A stretch of DNA of 64,000 nucleotides from Thecamonas trahens ATCC 50062 (taxonomy: Eukaryota > Protista > Apusomonadida): assembly GCF_000142905.1 (NCBI RefSeq), contig NW_013657657.1:62001-126000 (forward strand), read 5' to 3'. Under the pieces are notes generated by a model. That model had not been told where the DNA came from. It did not search any database and saw nothing but the letters and a program-made list of their open reading frames with translations. The translations under genes and the position numbers were made by a program. This document shows positions 42,206 to 54,176 of this stretch, one piece after another; positions within the stretch are counted from its first letter, which is position 1, and each line of letters begins with the position of its first letter.

Positions 42206-44295
42206 ATGGCTGGGACTTCCCGCAAGCGACGACGGCGACAGTCCAGTCGCGGGAGTCGACGGCGAGCCAGCCGGCGCCGAGAGCCAGGAGTGGTGGTTGG
42301 TGTGCCGTCTTCTCAAGGTGGTGATGACGACCAGGAGGACGTGTACCAGGACAGCGAGGACCAGGACGACGTGTACCAGGACGACGCGTATCAGGACAAT
42401 GACCAGGATACAGGAAGAAGTGTAGCAGCTGCCGAGACTAATGGCCATCATCATGCTCCTCTGCCTCTTCCGCCACCGCCAAGCAAGCGGGCAAGGACTC
42501 TGTCGCACGGCCCACCCTCGCCACAAACTACGACCTTTTCTGGCCGCGCCTCCCTCTCCCGCTCTCGCTCGGCAGCAGACCGCAGGAAGATGGTCCAGCA
42601 GCGCATGCGTGCCCTTCGCAACAAGCGCTCCCTCCCACAGGCCCAGGTTGGTTCGGGCCCAGTGCGTCCGGTCTCACCCTCGGCTTCCCGGTCATCGTCG
42701 GCTTCGCCGGCCGAGCCGCCGCGCCTGTCTGCCCGCTCATCGCCGCGCCCCTCCTATGTCCCTGCCTCACAGAACTCCGAGGCCGATGACGACGAAAGCT
42801 GCGAGAGCGATTGCAGGGATGGCCGCAATGACCGGTGTGGGCCTCACCTGGTTCACGGCGTCAATGCCTCATCGTCCGATGACGACAACCCGTCGCCAGC
42901 GTCACCCCAGGATGGAGTGCCGGCCACCCAATCTTCGCCCATGGCCCTCTCGCAGACATCGGACCTGGATCGGTTCCCTGGAGTCGCCACAATCCGCCAG
43001 GCCCAGAGCAGCTTCAACTTGGCCTGCTCACGCCCGACATCTTTGGCGACTCGCGCCGCGGTGGACTCCGCCGCTCACCATCGGCCTCAACCGGCTCGGC
43101 CACCACTGCTACCGCCGCTACCGCCGCTACCGCCGCTACTGCCGCTACTGCCGCTACTGCCGCTACTGCCACCACTGCTGCCATGCCGGGTGCTAGGTCC
43201 ACTGAGGGCCCGCATCCGCCCACGGTGCTGCAGCTCGACGTGCCACTCTTCCGCGTCTCACCGGCTGCCACCGCTGCAGTCCATGAGCTCAGACTTGAAG
43301 GCCTCGGGCCAGGCCCGGTTCTTGCGCTGCAGCTCCAGTCGTGGCCAGCCCGCCACGCGCATGCCCTGATGGCGTGGACCCGTGAAGGTGTTGCAGTGTG
43401 GCAGGTTTGCGGCGCGGGAAAGCTCGCCGAGCGCGTCCTGCTCATCAACGACAGCGACCACGAGATATCTACCGCCACCCTCGCTGCCGACGGCTCGCGA
43501 GTTGTTGTCGCCGAGTCTGATGCCATTCGCATTATCGATGTCGCCTCTGGCGTCCAGCTTCTCGAGTGGTCCGTCGACGCGGGTGCGACCGTCTCGCACC
43601 TACTCGCCGTCTCACCGTCGGCTATTGTCGCGGCCACTGCCGCCCCGGCGCGGCTGCATCTCTGGACGCTGGCCCTTGGCTGGTCGTCGCCACCAAGTAA
43701 GATGGCGCTCTCTCTCGATCCACTGGTGGCTCCGGCCGATGCCGCGCACCTCTGCCTCTCGGGCCTTGCTGCTGTTCGCGGCGCCGACCACCTTGCCGCC
43801 GCCTGGTCGGCCGCCGGCGTCGCCGTGTGGGACACATCGCCGCTCGCCGGCGGCGCTCTCACCCACCTTGTCAGCTTTACCACGCCAATGTCTCTGGTGG
43901 CGCTTGCTGTCGACCCGGGTCGGAGCGGCGAGCGCGTACTCTTTCTCTACCACACCACCGCCACCGGTCGCATAGCTGTTGCCGCCGCACCTGACGCTGC
44001 GCCGGTCCCGCTTGGCCTCGACCTCGGCGATGCCTCCGCATCCGCCATCGGCGCCAAGTTTGCGGCCCTTGTCCGCCGCTCTCGCTCGCCAGCGAGCCTC
44101 CCGCACCTCGCGCTCTGCCTCGCTGCCACCGGGGACGTCGTCGCCGAGCTCTTGCCGGCTGATGACTGCCGCGCGAGTGCGGCGCCCGGCGACGACACCG
44201 TGGCGCTCGCCGAATCCCCGCTCGCCGTTATCGCCGCTGCTGCGTGCGGGAGCACGTTGGCGCTTGTTACCTTGTCCAAGGCGATACGGCAGTAG
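42206..44295 (+). CDS. Hypothetical protein: disordered basic/acidic N-terminus plus C-terminal beta-propeller-like region; apparent frameshift at ~43020
   Basis: ORFs 42206..43369 and 43183..44295 join as SSFN[F]GLLTPDIFGD. The C-terminal part has WD-like strands (VAVWQV, IRIIDV, LHLWTL, VAVWDT). An NLS-like RKRRRR sits at the N-terminus. Confidence 0.55.
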
Positions 44296-44303
44296 TGTTT
44301 GCT

Positions 44304-47300
44304 TTACACGCTGACAGGCTGGATGAGGTCAAAGGCGCCTGTCCCGGTTGGCACCAGCTGGCCAAGGACGATGCGCGACGAGGGCGATTTGAGCGGGTCA
44401 AAGTCGGCACGCTCGGCCGCGTCCTTGATAACGTTCATGGTCGTCTCAAAGGTCATCTTGGAGAGCGGGGCGACGTCCTTGGCCATGGTCATGCGGTTCA
44501 TGCCGCGGTACCCGCCCTCGTTGGTCATGTAGTCTGCGACGAGGGAGAGGTGGCGCGGCGAGACCGAGATGTGGTAGACGTCGAAGACGGCACCGATCTC
44601 GTTCATCAGCGTCGTCCGCGCAGCCTCGACGCCAAGCGTCTTGAGGATGGCGTAAATGTCGTTGCACGAGATGTGGTCGACGTCGATGAGCTTCTGCGCC
44701 ATCCACGCGGCCTCAAAGTTGACGCCCTGCGACTGGACAGCAAAACGCTTCGAGTCGTCCGGGTGCGGGACGACAAAGCACCGCGAGATGTTGTCGGTCG
44801 ACTGGACAAGCGTCTTGCCGAGCACCAGCTGCACAATGTCGGTCATGAGCAGCCGCGGCACGTTGATTGGGATCGAGACGGTAAACGTGGCCTTGCCATT
44901 CTCGACTCGCACCTCGGAGACCATCTGCGCCGACGACTTGCGGAACGTCGTCGTCCGCAGCTCCTCGATCTCTGCCCGAATGTCAAGGATCTTGCGCGCG
45001 TGCGCCGAGATGCCCTTCATCGTCGTCGCCGCCGAGCTCGAGAACAGCTTGTTCTCGACGTCCATGTCGGCGACGCCCGAGCCGGACGACTTTCCAGCCT
45101 CGGACGACTCGTCGTCCGAGTCCGAGCCGGTCGCCTCGCGCTCATCGTCCGAGTCGGTGTCAAAGAGCGAGTCGGTGTTGGCGCCGTCGTCGGCCTGCGG
45201 GCCAAGCTTCTGCGCCGCCGCGAGCACGGCGTCGTCGTCGCCCTCGCCGGCCTCGCGCTCGTCGTCCGAGAACATGTCGGCCACGTCCTCGTCGTCGGCC
45301 ACTGCCCGCTCGTCGTCCGACTCGTCATCGTCCGAGCTTGCCGCCGCAGCCGACCGCGCCCGCGAAAGCTGTCCTGCCGCTGGTCGCGCGTCGCTCGCCG
45401 GCGCCGCCTCGCCCGAGGCCTCGGTCTCGGCGAGCTCGTCCTCGGACGGGCCGTCGAGCTTGAGCGCGGTGAGCATGTCCACGTCACGGCCTGCGCGCCG
45501 GAGCTCGCGGGTGATGGCCGCATTGAGGTGCACCACAAAGGCGTCGTTAAACGCGTTGCGCACCGCGTCGAGCGACGTTGAGTACTCGGCTTCGAGGACC
45601 TCGGCGTCGACGAGCGTCGAGGTGACCGCAAAGGTGCGGAACCAACCCGAGGCGCCGCGGTCAACAACCGATTCGACGGCCGAGACCCTTGTAACAAGCT
45701 CGAGAAGCTGGAGCCGGTAAAACGACTTGGCAAGCGCAGTCGCGGTCGCCTCGTCGACGTCGGGCTTGAGCGGGAGCAGCATCGTCGGCGTCTTGATGTT
45801 CTTCTGCGCCGTCATGATGATCTCGCGAAGTCGCGGGATACCGAGCGTCACGTTGGCCGCACCGACGCCGGCAAAGTGGAAGGTGTTGAGCGTCATCTGC
45901 GTCGACGGCTCACCAATCGACTGCGCAGCGAGGAGGCCGACAGCCTCGCCCGGCTGCGCCAGCGCGCGGAGGTACCGGGTGTTGAGGAACATGCGGAACT
46001 CGTTAGTCGCCGCCTTGTCCATCTCGGCCTTGGCACAGTACTCGGCGACCTGGGCGTGGAACTTCTCAGAGACCGCGCCGAGATGGGTGTACGGGTCGAG
46101 TTCGGCGAGGACCGGGTCCGGAAGCTCAGCGCCGGTCGCCGCAGCCTCGGCGATCTTGCGCGACTTGCGGAAGCCCTTGGAGATGTCCATAGCACCTGCG
46201 AGCTGGCCGAGCTCCTCGCGATTGAGCAGACGTTCCTTGTTGTCGGCCAGAAAGTCAAAGTGGGTGAGCCGCGACAAGGCCGTCACGTCGAGCGCGTCCT
46301 CGCCGTAGCGGAACTGGACGACCGAGCCTTCGGGCGTGCGGACCGTGGCGTCGTAACCCACCACCAGTCCCTCCATGTGCTTGACCAGGCACCGCTGCAG
46401 GTAGCCGGAGCGCGAGGTCTTGACGGCGGTATCCACGAGGCCCTCACGACCGGCCATGCAGTGAAAGTAGTACTCCTGCGGACGGATGCCCGAGAGGAAG
46501 CGGTCGGTAATGTAGCCACCGGCCCGTGGGTGCGCCTCGTACGGGAGGAAGCACGGGAGCGTCTTGCCCGAGGCCATGATAGGCACGCGCTGGCCCTCGA
46601 GCGACTGCTGGCCGAGGAGGCACGTGATCTGTGCCTGGTTGACGGCAGAACCCTTGGCGCCGGACATGGTCATGAGCGACATGTTGTTGAGCGGGAAGGC
46701 CTTGAGCTGGCGGTGCGGAATCGACTCGGCCATGACGTCCGAGGTGACCTGCGAGAGCGCGCCTGACATGATGCCGTCGAGCGCCGGCTTGGCGTTCTCG
46801 GCGCCAAACGCGGCCTTGAGTGCGCCGCGGAGGAGGCCCGGCTCGACCACGCCTGCGTCGTCCTCGTTGTACCCACAGAACATGGCGGCGGTCTTGACGC
46901 CGACGTCGACGGCGCGGTTAAGGAGCTTCTTGCGCACACCCTCGCCCTCGGGCGTGAGCAGCAGATCGTCGATGCCACAGGTAAAGCCGTTGAACTGGAG
47001 GTAGGCCGTAAAGAGGCGGCCAAAGGCCGTGAGCGTCTGCCCGGCCACCCGTGGGCCAAAGACCGAGAACACGCCGTGGACAAGACCCTGGTTCGTCGCA
47101 CCGAGATGCGCCTTGTCGAGCGCACCGGTGACGAGGACGCCGCGGTGGACGCGGACCATCGACTCGTCGCGGAACGACGCCCAGGTATCGGGCTGGATCT
47201 TGGTCTTGGCCTGCACGGTGAGCGCTGCCGGCGAGCCGGGCGCTTCGCCAGTCAGGTTGTACAGGATGGTGGTGATGACCTGCTTGCCGGTCCAGAGCTT

Positions 47301-49823
47301 GTGCGGCTTGAGGAGCGCAGGTGGGACGGTGACAAACTTGGTGACAAAGGCAGCGCAGGCGGCGTAGACCAGCTGGTGGTACGTCTCCTCGTCGATGAAC
47401 GTGTTCTTGACCGTCAGCCGCACGCCGGCCACAATGTGGTCCTGAATGAGACCACGAATGGGCGAGCCGTCGGTCGGCACAATGTACTGGTTGTCGGTGT
47501 TGGCAATGGTGTAGCCCTCGGCCCGGGCGAGCTCCGACTGGGGAAAGTGGAGGTTGATCTCGTCACCGTCAAAGTCTGCGTTGTAGGTCTTGCAGTTGAC
47601 GTAGTGCATGCGGATGACGTTCTCGCCCCAGAGCACCCGCGCCTTGTGCGCCATGATTGACGGCTTGTGGAGCGTCGGCTGCCGGTTGACAAGAAGCACG
47701 TCGCCCGAGCGCAGGTGCCGGAGCACGTACTTGGGCTTGGGCTGGGCGTCGAGCGACGACGACGGCGTCGTCAGCTGCTGCGCCAGCGTCTCGCGCACCG
47801 CCCGCGACTTGTGCATGAGCGAGACGAGCGAACCGTCCTCGTTGCGGATGTGCGTCGCGCCCGGGTACACGTCCGGCCCGTTGATGACCGCCGCCCGGAG
47901 GAGCTCAAGGTTGTGGTTGCCCACAGGCTCGGGATACGTCAGCGTCATGGCAAACCGGCCGGGCACGCCGATCTCCGACACGTCGATGTTGGGGTCGGGC
48001 GAAATGACCGAACGCGCCGCAAAGTTGACTCGCTTGCCCATCATGTTCTGCCGGAACAGGCCAGCCTTCTTCTCCAGCACTTGCTTAATGCCCTGCGGCG
48101 CAGACATCGGCGACGCCGACAGATCGCGGTCCATGATCCCGTTGACCGCCATCTGCAGCTCCATCCACATCCGCAGCGACTTTTCCACCCGTGACACGCC
48201 CGACATGTCGCCGTACTCGCTCGCCTCGTCGACCTCCTCGGTCATGTACTGGACGAGGACTTGGTTGATGGCAAGGACCTTGGAGAGGAGCACGTTCGAG
48301 TGGTGCTCGGACACCACGCCGCCCACAAACGACGGCGGCCGGAACCGGTTCGGCGCCACAGGCATGACCTCGATGAACAGCGTGTCCGCGCTCGGCAGCT
48401 TGCCGCCGAGCTCCGAGAACATGCAACCCATCATCTGCGGGTGCGCAAGGAAGAGTGCGCGCATCCGCTCGCGGACCTCCAGCGGCGTGATGTACTTGAG
48501 CTTGGACTGCGCCGACATCTTCTTCCGCGCCTCCACCACAGCCTTGGACGTCCGCGCCATGCCGGCCTTACCGGCCACCGCCGCCGCCGCAATCCGCGCC
48601 CCGTCACCATCCTCGCCGTCCGACAACTCGTCGTCCGACGACTCCTCGCCCTTCTCCACAGCCTTGGCCTTGGCCGCCGCCGTCTTGGCCTCCAGCTTGC
48701 GGTGCAGCGAATCGAGAATGTTCGGCTTGACGTCCGCGGCGGCGGCGGCCGCCAGACCGGCCCGCCCGCCGCGGACCGGCGCCGGGCCGCGGAAAAACCG
48801 CCCGCGCTTGTCCCACGTGATCGGCGGCGACTTGCGCGCGCAGTCGGGGCACGTTGCCGCCGCTGCCGCCGCATGCCAAAACTCACGGAGCGTGTCCTGC
48901 AGCATGTTCTCGATGAGCAGCGACTTGTTCGTCCGGTAGTGCGCCCGTAGGTGCTCCAGCCGCTCCAGCGAGACCAGTGTCGTCGTCAGGTCTGCCAGGT
49001 ACTTGGTATACGCCGCCGCAGAGTACGATGTCAGCGTCAGCGTCGCGCGGTCGTCCTCGTAGAAGCCCTGCTCCGGGAGCGACGCCCCAGTCTTGAGCTC
49101 GTCCGAGTGCTGCGCCGCAATCGCAGCCTCGGCTGCGGCACGCCGCTTGCGAGCTGCCTTTGCTGCCTTCTCTGCAGACTTGACCTTCTTGGCCTTGCCC
49201 TTCGCCGCAGCCTTGGCCGCCTCGGCCTCCTCGAGCGCAGCCACGATGGCGTCGACCCGGTCCGGATTCTGCTGATCAGCAGCAACCAGGAGCGGCGCGA
49301 GGTGCGCAATCGGAACAAGAAGTTTGCTGCCTCCGGCCTTCCGCGCCGCCACGGCGTCCTCGTCCTCGTCGATCCACCCGGAAAAGACCCGGAGCGGCGT
49401 GCCAAAGGCAGGGAGCTCGAGCGCAAACCGATGGAGGCCGGCGTTGAGCAGCGAGATGCGGGCAGAGATGTTCGCGAGCTTGATCTCGGGCGCACGGAGC
49501 TTGTGGCAGAACCAGCATTGTGCCCGGAGGAGCTTGTAGATCTTGGGCAGGAAGAGCGGGTGGTAGACCGGGAGAACAAGCTCGATGCGGCCCATATGCC
49601 CCGGGCAGTGGGCCTGGACAAGCGAGCACGTCGGGCAAGTCTGGAACCGTTCGAGTGGGCCCATCGCCGGGTCGTACAGCCCGCCAGACACAAAGTTGCC
49701 CAACGAGTCTGCAGTCACAGGCTGCTCCACCTTGACGTGCGCAATCGACCTCAGCTCGTCAGCCGTGTAGTACCGCAGCCGCGTCGCCGCAATGGTCCCG
49801 GGCGGTGCGCCCCGCTCGGTCAT
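44304..49823 (-). CDS. POLR1A: RNA polymerase I largest subunit
   Basis: GGLYDPAMGP, CPGHMGRIEL, GLFRQNMMGKRVNFAARSVISPD, NRQPTLHKPS, YNADFDGDE and NVTLGIPRLREI. Pol I-type acidic expander region. Confidence 0.96.
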   Translation of the reverse strand: MTERGAPPGTIAATRLRYYTADELRSIAHVKVEQPVTADSLGNFVSGGLYDPAMGPLERFQTCPTCSLVQAHCPGHMGRIELVLPVYHPLFLPKIYKLLRAQCWFCHKLRAPEIKLANISARISLLNAGLHRFALELPAFGTPLRVFSGWIDEDEDAVAARKAGGSKLLVPIAHLAPLLVAADQQNPDRVDAIVAALEEAEAAKAAAKGKAKKVKSAEKAAKAARKRRAAAEAAIAAQHSDELKTGASLPEQGFYEDDRATLTLTSYSAAAYTKYLADLTTTLVSLERLEHLRAHYRTNKSLLIENMLQDTLREFWHAAAAAATCPDCARKSPPITWDKRGRFFRGPAPVRGGRAGLAAAAAADVKPNILDSLHRKLEAKTAAAKAKAVEKGEESSDDELSDGEDGDGARIAAAAVAGKAGMARTSKAVVEARKKMSAQSKLKYITPLEVRERMRALFLAHPQMMGCMFSELGGKLPSADTLFIEVMPVAPNRFRPPSFVGGVVSEHHSNVLLSKVLAINQVLVQYMTEEVDEASEYGDMSGVSRVEKSLRMWMELQMAVNGIMDRDLSASPMSAPQGIKQVLEKKAGLFRQNMMGKRVNFAARSVISPDPNIDVSEIGVPGRFAMTLTYPEPVGNHNLELLRAAVINGPDVYPGATHIRNEDGSLVSLMHKSRAVRETLAQQLTTPSSSLDAQPKPKYVLRHLRSGDVLLVNRQPTLHKPSIMAHKARVLWGENVIRMHYVNCKTYNADFDGDEINLHFPQSELARAEGYTIANTDNQYIVPTDGSPIRGLIQDHIVAGVRLTVKNTFIDEETYHQLVYAACAAFVTKFVTVPPALLKPHKLWTGKQVITTILYNLTGEAPGSPAALTVQAKTKIQPDTWASFRDESMVRVHRGVLVTGALDKAHLGATNQGLVHGVFSVFGPRVAGQTLTAFGRLFTAYLQFNGFTCGIDDLLLTPEGEGVRKKLLNRAVDVGVKTAAMFCGYNEDDAGVVEPGLLRGALKAAFGAENAKPALDGIMSGALSQVTSDVMAESIPHRQLKAFPLNNMSLMTMSGAKGSAVNQAQITCLLGQQSLEGQRVPIMASGKTLPCFLPYEAHPRAGGYITDRFLSGIRPQEYYFHCMAGREGLVDTAVKTSRSGYLQRCLVKHMEGLVVGYDATVRTPEGSVVQFRYGEDALDVTALSRLTHFDFLADNKERLLNREELGQLAGAMDISKGFRKSRKIAEAAATGAELPDPVLAELDPYTHLGAVSEKFHAQVAEYCAKAEMDKAATNEFRMFLNTRYLRALAQPGEAVGLLAAQSIGEPSTQMTLNTFHFAGVGAANVTLGIPRLREIIMTAQKNIKTPTMLLPLKPDVDEATATALAKSFYRLQLLELVTRVSAVESVVDRGASGWFRTFAVTSTLVDAEVLEAEYSTSLDAVRNAFNDAFVVHLNAAITRELRRAGRDVDMLTALKLDGPSEDELAETEASGEAAPASDARPAAGQLSRARSAAAASSDDDESDDERAVADDEDVADMFSDDEREAGEGDDDAVLAAAQKLGPQADDGANTDSLFDTDSDDEREATGSDSDDESSEAGKSSGSGVADMDVENKLFSSSAATTMKGISAHARKILDIRAEIEELRTTTFRKSSAQMVSEVRVENGKATFTVSIPINVPRLLMTDIVQLVLGKTLVQSTDNISRCFVVPHPDDSKRFAVQSQGVNFEAAWMAQKLIDVDHISCNDIYAILKTLGVEAARTTLMNEIGAVFDVYHISVSPRHLSLVADYMTNEGGYRGMNRMTMAKDVAPLSKMTFETTMNVIKDAAERADFDPLKSPSSRIVLGQLVPTGTGAFDLIQPVSV

Positions 49824-50566
49824 GGTCTCTTTCACACACACAGAGAGAGCGCGAGAGAGAGATAGAGGGTATGGGGAGGGGGGGATTCACACAAGTAGCC
49901 GAGCACAGGTGGGATGGCCTTGTTTGCCGAGTGCGGTGTGCCGTCCCGAGTACCGAGTGGGTGCGCGTCGCCGTGGGATGAGCTGGATGAGAGATGGATG
50001 TCTGCCGACAGTATTTGCATCGGTGGGGGGGGGGGGATGGGGGGAGGGGGGGTGGGGGGGGTGACAGAAAGTAGTTTTGGGGACCCCCCNNNNNNNNNNN
50101 NNNNNNNNNNNNNNNNNNNNNNNNNNNNNNNNNNNNNNNNNNNNNNNNNNNNNNNNNNNNNNNNNNNNNNNNNNNNNNNNNNNNNNNNNNNNNNNNNNNN
50201 NNNNNNNNNNNNNNNNNNNNNNNNNNNNNNNNNNNNNNNNNNNNNNNNNNNNNNNNNNNNNNCCGAAGCCGGATCTCCTAGTCGGCTAGTGCAAGTTAGT
50301 CCTCGCGAAGGCGCAGGGGAGTCGTTGTCGGCGGGGGCGGAGCAACGTCAAAGGTCGCGACGAAAGCATTTCGGCGTTGGCGCCGGTTGAGCCGTCGTTG
50401 CGGCCGGGCGTGGTCACCACGGCGTTGCCGGAGGGGGGGGGGGGGGGGCACAAGGGAAGGGATGACAAGGGGGGTAGGGGAACGGGGAATACTCACTACT
50501 TGCTGTGGCTGATGCTTTGGCTGTGGATGCACGTGGGTGGGCGTGTGGGTGGGGGAAATGGGACAG

Positions 50567-52457
50567 CACGCTCACTTCGCTCAACATCACGCCCTCGCTG
50601 GTGGGGAGGGCACTCGGTTCGGTCCGCTCGGCGTCTGCTGTTTCGGGCGCCATTCAGAGCGCGCTTGGTCACCACAAGGCGCTGGCTGAGTACGTGGAGC
50701 ACTACGCCGGGTTGTGCAACCCGGATGCGCTGCATGTGTGCGACGGGTCCGAGGGCGAGTACACCACGTTTATGGAGACGATGGTCGAGGACGGCTCGAT
50801 GTTCAAGCTCAACGAGGCCAAGCGCCCGAACTCGTACCTCGCCCGCTCGGACCCGCGCGACGTGGCCCGCTCGGAGGAGAGCACCTTTATCTCGTGCGTC
50901 AACGAGGAGGACGCAGGACCGACCAACAACTGGCGCGATCCGGTCGAGATGAAGGCCACCATGGCCAACCTGTACAAGGACTGCATGGTCGGCCGGACCA
51001 TGTTTGTTGTCCCGTTCTCGATGGGCCCCATCGGCGGGCCCATCTCGCACATTGGTGTCCAGCTGACCGACTCGATGCACGTGGCGGCGTCGATGCGGCT
51101 GATGACTCGCATGGGCAAGGCCCCGCTCGAGGCCCTCGGCACCGACGGTGAGTTTGTCAAGTGCATGCACTCGGTCGGCTACCCGCTCGCCGACGGCAAG
51201 GCCGATGTCGCGTGGCCGTGCGATCCCGACAACAAGTACATCACCCACTACCCGGAGGAGAACCTCGCCGAGTCGTACGGCTCGGGCTACGGCGGCAACT
51301 CGCTGCTCGGAAAGAAGGCCTTTGCGCTGCGCCTGGCGTCAGCGATGGGCAAGCGCGAGGGCTGGCTCGCCGAGCACATGCTCATTCTTGGCGTGACCAA
51401 CCCCGAGGGCAAGAAGAAGTACGTCGCCGCCGCCTTCCCGTCGGCGTGTGGCAAGACCAACTTTGCCATGCTCGAGCCGACCATGCCCGGCTGGAAGGTC
51501 GAGTGCGTCGGTGACGACATTGCCTGGATGAAGTTTGGCCCCGACGGAAAGCTCTACGCCATCAACCCCGAGAACGGGTTCTTTGGCGTTGCGCCGGGAA
51601 CTTCGATGGGGACCAACCCGAACGCCATGCGCTCGCTCGACCGCGACTGCATCTACACCAACGTGGCCATGACCGCCGACGGTGACGTGTGGTGGGAGGG
51701 CATGACGGAAGAGACCCCCGAGGGTATGACCAACTGGCTCGGCGAGCCGCACAACCCGGCGTCGAACACGCCGGCCGCGCATCCCAACTCGCGCTTCACT
51801 GTGCCCATCGCCAACTGCCCGGTCCTCGACCCGAACTTTGAGGCCCTCGAGGGCGTGCCCATCGACGCCATCATGTTTGGCGGCCGCCGGCCGACCACCA
51901 TCCCGCTTGTCCACGAGGCTTTCTCCTGGAACCACGGCGTGCTCATGGGCGCGTCGGTCGCCTCGGAGAAGACCGCCGCCGCCACCGGTGACGACATCGG
52001 TGAGATCCGTCACGATCCGTTTGCCATGCTGCCGTTCTGCGGCTACAACATGGGCGACTACTTCCAGCACTGGATCGACATGGGCAAGACCGAGGGCGCC
52101 AAGCTCCCGTCCATGTACCTTGTCAACTGGTTCCGCCAGGACCCGGAGACCGGCAAGTTCATCTGGCCGGGCTTTGGCGAGAACTCGCGCGTCCTCAAGT
52201 GGATCTTTGAGCGTACCGACGGCGTGACCGACAACGCCGCAAAGACCCCCATTGGCTACGTCCCCACTCCTGATGCCCTCGACACCGACGGCCTCGCCGG
52301 CATCACCAACGACGAGCTCACCGAGCTCCTCCGCGTCGACCCCGACGCCTGGCAGCGCGAGATCAACCAGAGCGACGAGTACCTCACCTCGACCTTTGGC
52401 CCCAAGCTCCCCGCCGAGCTCAAGAACGAGATCGAGTCGCTCAAGAAGTCGTTCTAG
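50567..52457 (+). CDS. PCK: GTP-dependent phosphoenolpyruvate carboxykinase; 5' exon unresolved, possible mitochondrial presequence
   Basis: [48 protein letters not shown] and WPGFGEN. Putative acceptor GGACAG ends at 50566. Confidence 0.95.
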
Positions 52458-52478
52458 CCACCCTAAACACGATCTTCT

Positions 52479-54176
52479 TCACTCACTATCCTTCGTCCAA
52501 GGCGCCGCGAGAACTCGCGCCGCCACCTCGGCAGCCGCCGCGATGCAGTCGTTGACGCCAATGCCTGAGTAGCCATTGCCCAACAGCGTGATCGGGAGCT
52601 GAGCCTCAGCGAGGGCGTGGTGCATGCCGAGCACCCGCTCGATGTGCCCAGCCTCGTACTGGGCGATAGCGTGCGAGAGGCGCGCCACACGCGTCGCAAT
52701 CGGACTCGCTCTCACGCCCACCTGTCGCGCCAGCGTCTCCAGACACAGCGCGACAACATCGTCGTCAGTGACGTGCTTCGCCTCCCACCCACGGTGAACT
52801 GCCCCGCCAATCATGACTGTCACACGAGTCACGTCCCGCCGCGGACCAGCGTCCGGGAACGTGCACGAGTCAAAGATGACTCCGAGGACCGGCTCGCCCA
52901 TCCATGACGGCACAAGATAGCCAAAGCCGCGGTAGTCGGCCGGAAGCACTTCGCCTTCAAACGCGAGGTTGACCACCGCCAATGATGCGTGGTCAACTCC
53001 GTTGAGCTCGGCCGCCACCTGCGGCGCAGCGTCGGCGATTAGCCTCGCTGCGCCACGCATGCCAGTCGCCACAAACACATGATCAAACGTTTCGCTGTCG
53101 GCCTCGCCGCTGGCCAGTGTCCGCGTTACCACTGCCGCGCCGGCGGCGTTGCGGAAGACGCCCGCAACACGGGCGCCAAGCTCGATACGGGTCGTCTCCG
53201 GTGGGAGCGCGTCGGCCAGCGCGTCAAGGAGCGTAGAGAGACCACGCGGCTGGAACGAAAATACGCCGGGAATGCGGTACGGAGCTTGTGCCCGAGTCAG
53301 TGTCTGCCATGCCGAGCGGAACAACGAAATGAGGCCCTCTGCGATTGCGCCGCGGACAACCGAGCCGTAGATGGCCTCCAGCCGAACAATCTGCGGAAAG
53401 ACGCCGCGAATCGAGAGCCGCGCCGAGGAGCCGGCAAAAATGCCGAGGAGCATTGGATCAAACAGCAGCCGCGCCATCCGCGGCGAGAACCGGCGGCTGA
53501 TAAAAGCGGCAATGGTCTCGTCGCTCTCGACCGGCGGGCCCGCCCGCGGCAACAGCGCCTCGGTCGCGATGGCAGGCAACAGTGGCGCAATGAGTGGCGA
53601 GGTGAGCATGCCCACGACCGACCGCGGCAGCGCGTGCATCCGTGCCTCGCCAGCATTTGGTTTGCTCCCCTCGTCCTCTGCCGCCGCCGCGTCCATGTAC
53701 AGCATCCGGTTGCGCGAGACCGGGTCAGCGACCATGACCTTGTCGGTGAGGCCGAGCTCGTCGATAAGCGCCATGGTCGTGACGCCGCCACCGGCCGGGC
53801 GCAGCGACCTCGGCCCGTCCTCAAACAAGCACTCGTTCCCGATGTCCGACCAGCCGATCCACCCGCCGGGCCTCTCGCCGGCCTCGTACACCACAATCTC
53901 CAGCGGATGCTCGCGATCACGCGAGAGATAGTATGCCAGAGCCAAACCAGACACCCCTCCGCCCACAATCGCCACTCGCTTTGGGCGGCTACTTGGCGGT
54001 GGCGGCAGCGCCCGTCCCGATCCCACCTCGGCATCGTACAGCTGGCGCCGGACCAGGGTAATTGCCACAAGCACCACACCGACCAGCGCAACCAACGCCG
54101 CAACGAACCCACTGCCGCCCGGCCACACCAGCGCAACCATTCCGCCGGCAACCAGTACAGCACCTGCAAGGATCAT
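52479..54176 (-). CDS. PPOX: Protoporphyrinogen oxidase (HemY/PPOX) with hydrophobic N-terminal extension; start uncertain
   Basis: VAIVGGGVSGL, GGWI, FEDGPRSLR, GFGYLVP, LGVIFDS, AIAQYEAGH and GIGVNDCI. Confidence 0.9.
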   Translation of the reverse strand: MILAGAVLVAGGMVALVWPGGSGFVAALVALVGVVLVAITLVRRQLYDAEVGSGRALPPPPSSRPKRVAIVGGGVSGLALAYYLSRDREHPLEIVVYEAGERPGGWIGWSDIGNECLFEDGPRSLRPAGGGVTTMALIDELGLTDKVMVADPVSRNRMLYMDAAAAEDEGSKPNAGEARMHALPRSVVGMLTSPLIAPLLPAIATEALLPRAGPPVESDETIAAFISRRFSPRMARLLFDPMLLGIFAGSSARLSIRGVFPQIVRLEAIYGSVVRGAIAEGLISLFRSAWQTLTRAQAPYRIPGVFSFQPRGLSTLLDALADALPPETTRIELGARVAGVFRNAAGAAVVTRTLASGEADSETFDHVFVATGMRGAARLIADAAPQVAAELNGVDHASLAVVNLAFEGEVLPADYRGFGYLVPSWMGEPVLGVIFDSCTFPDAGPRRDVTRVTVMIGGAVHRGWEAKHVTDDDVVALCLETLARQVGVRASPIATRVARLSHAIAQYEAGHIERVLGMHHALAEAQLPITLLGNGYSGIGVNDCIAAAAEVAARVLAAPWTKDSE

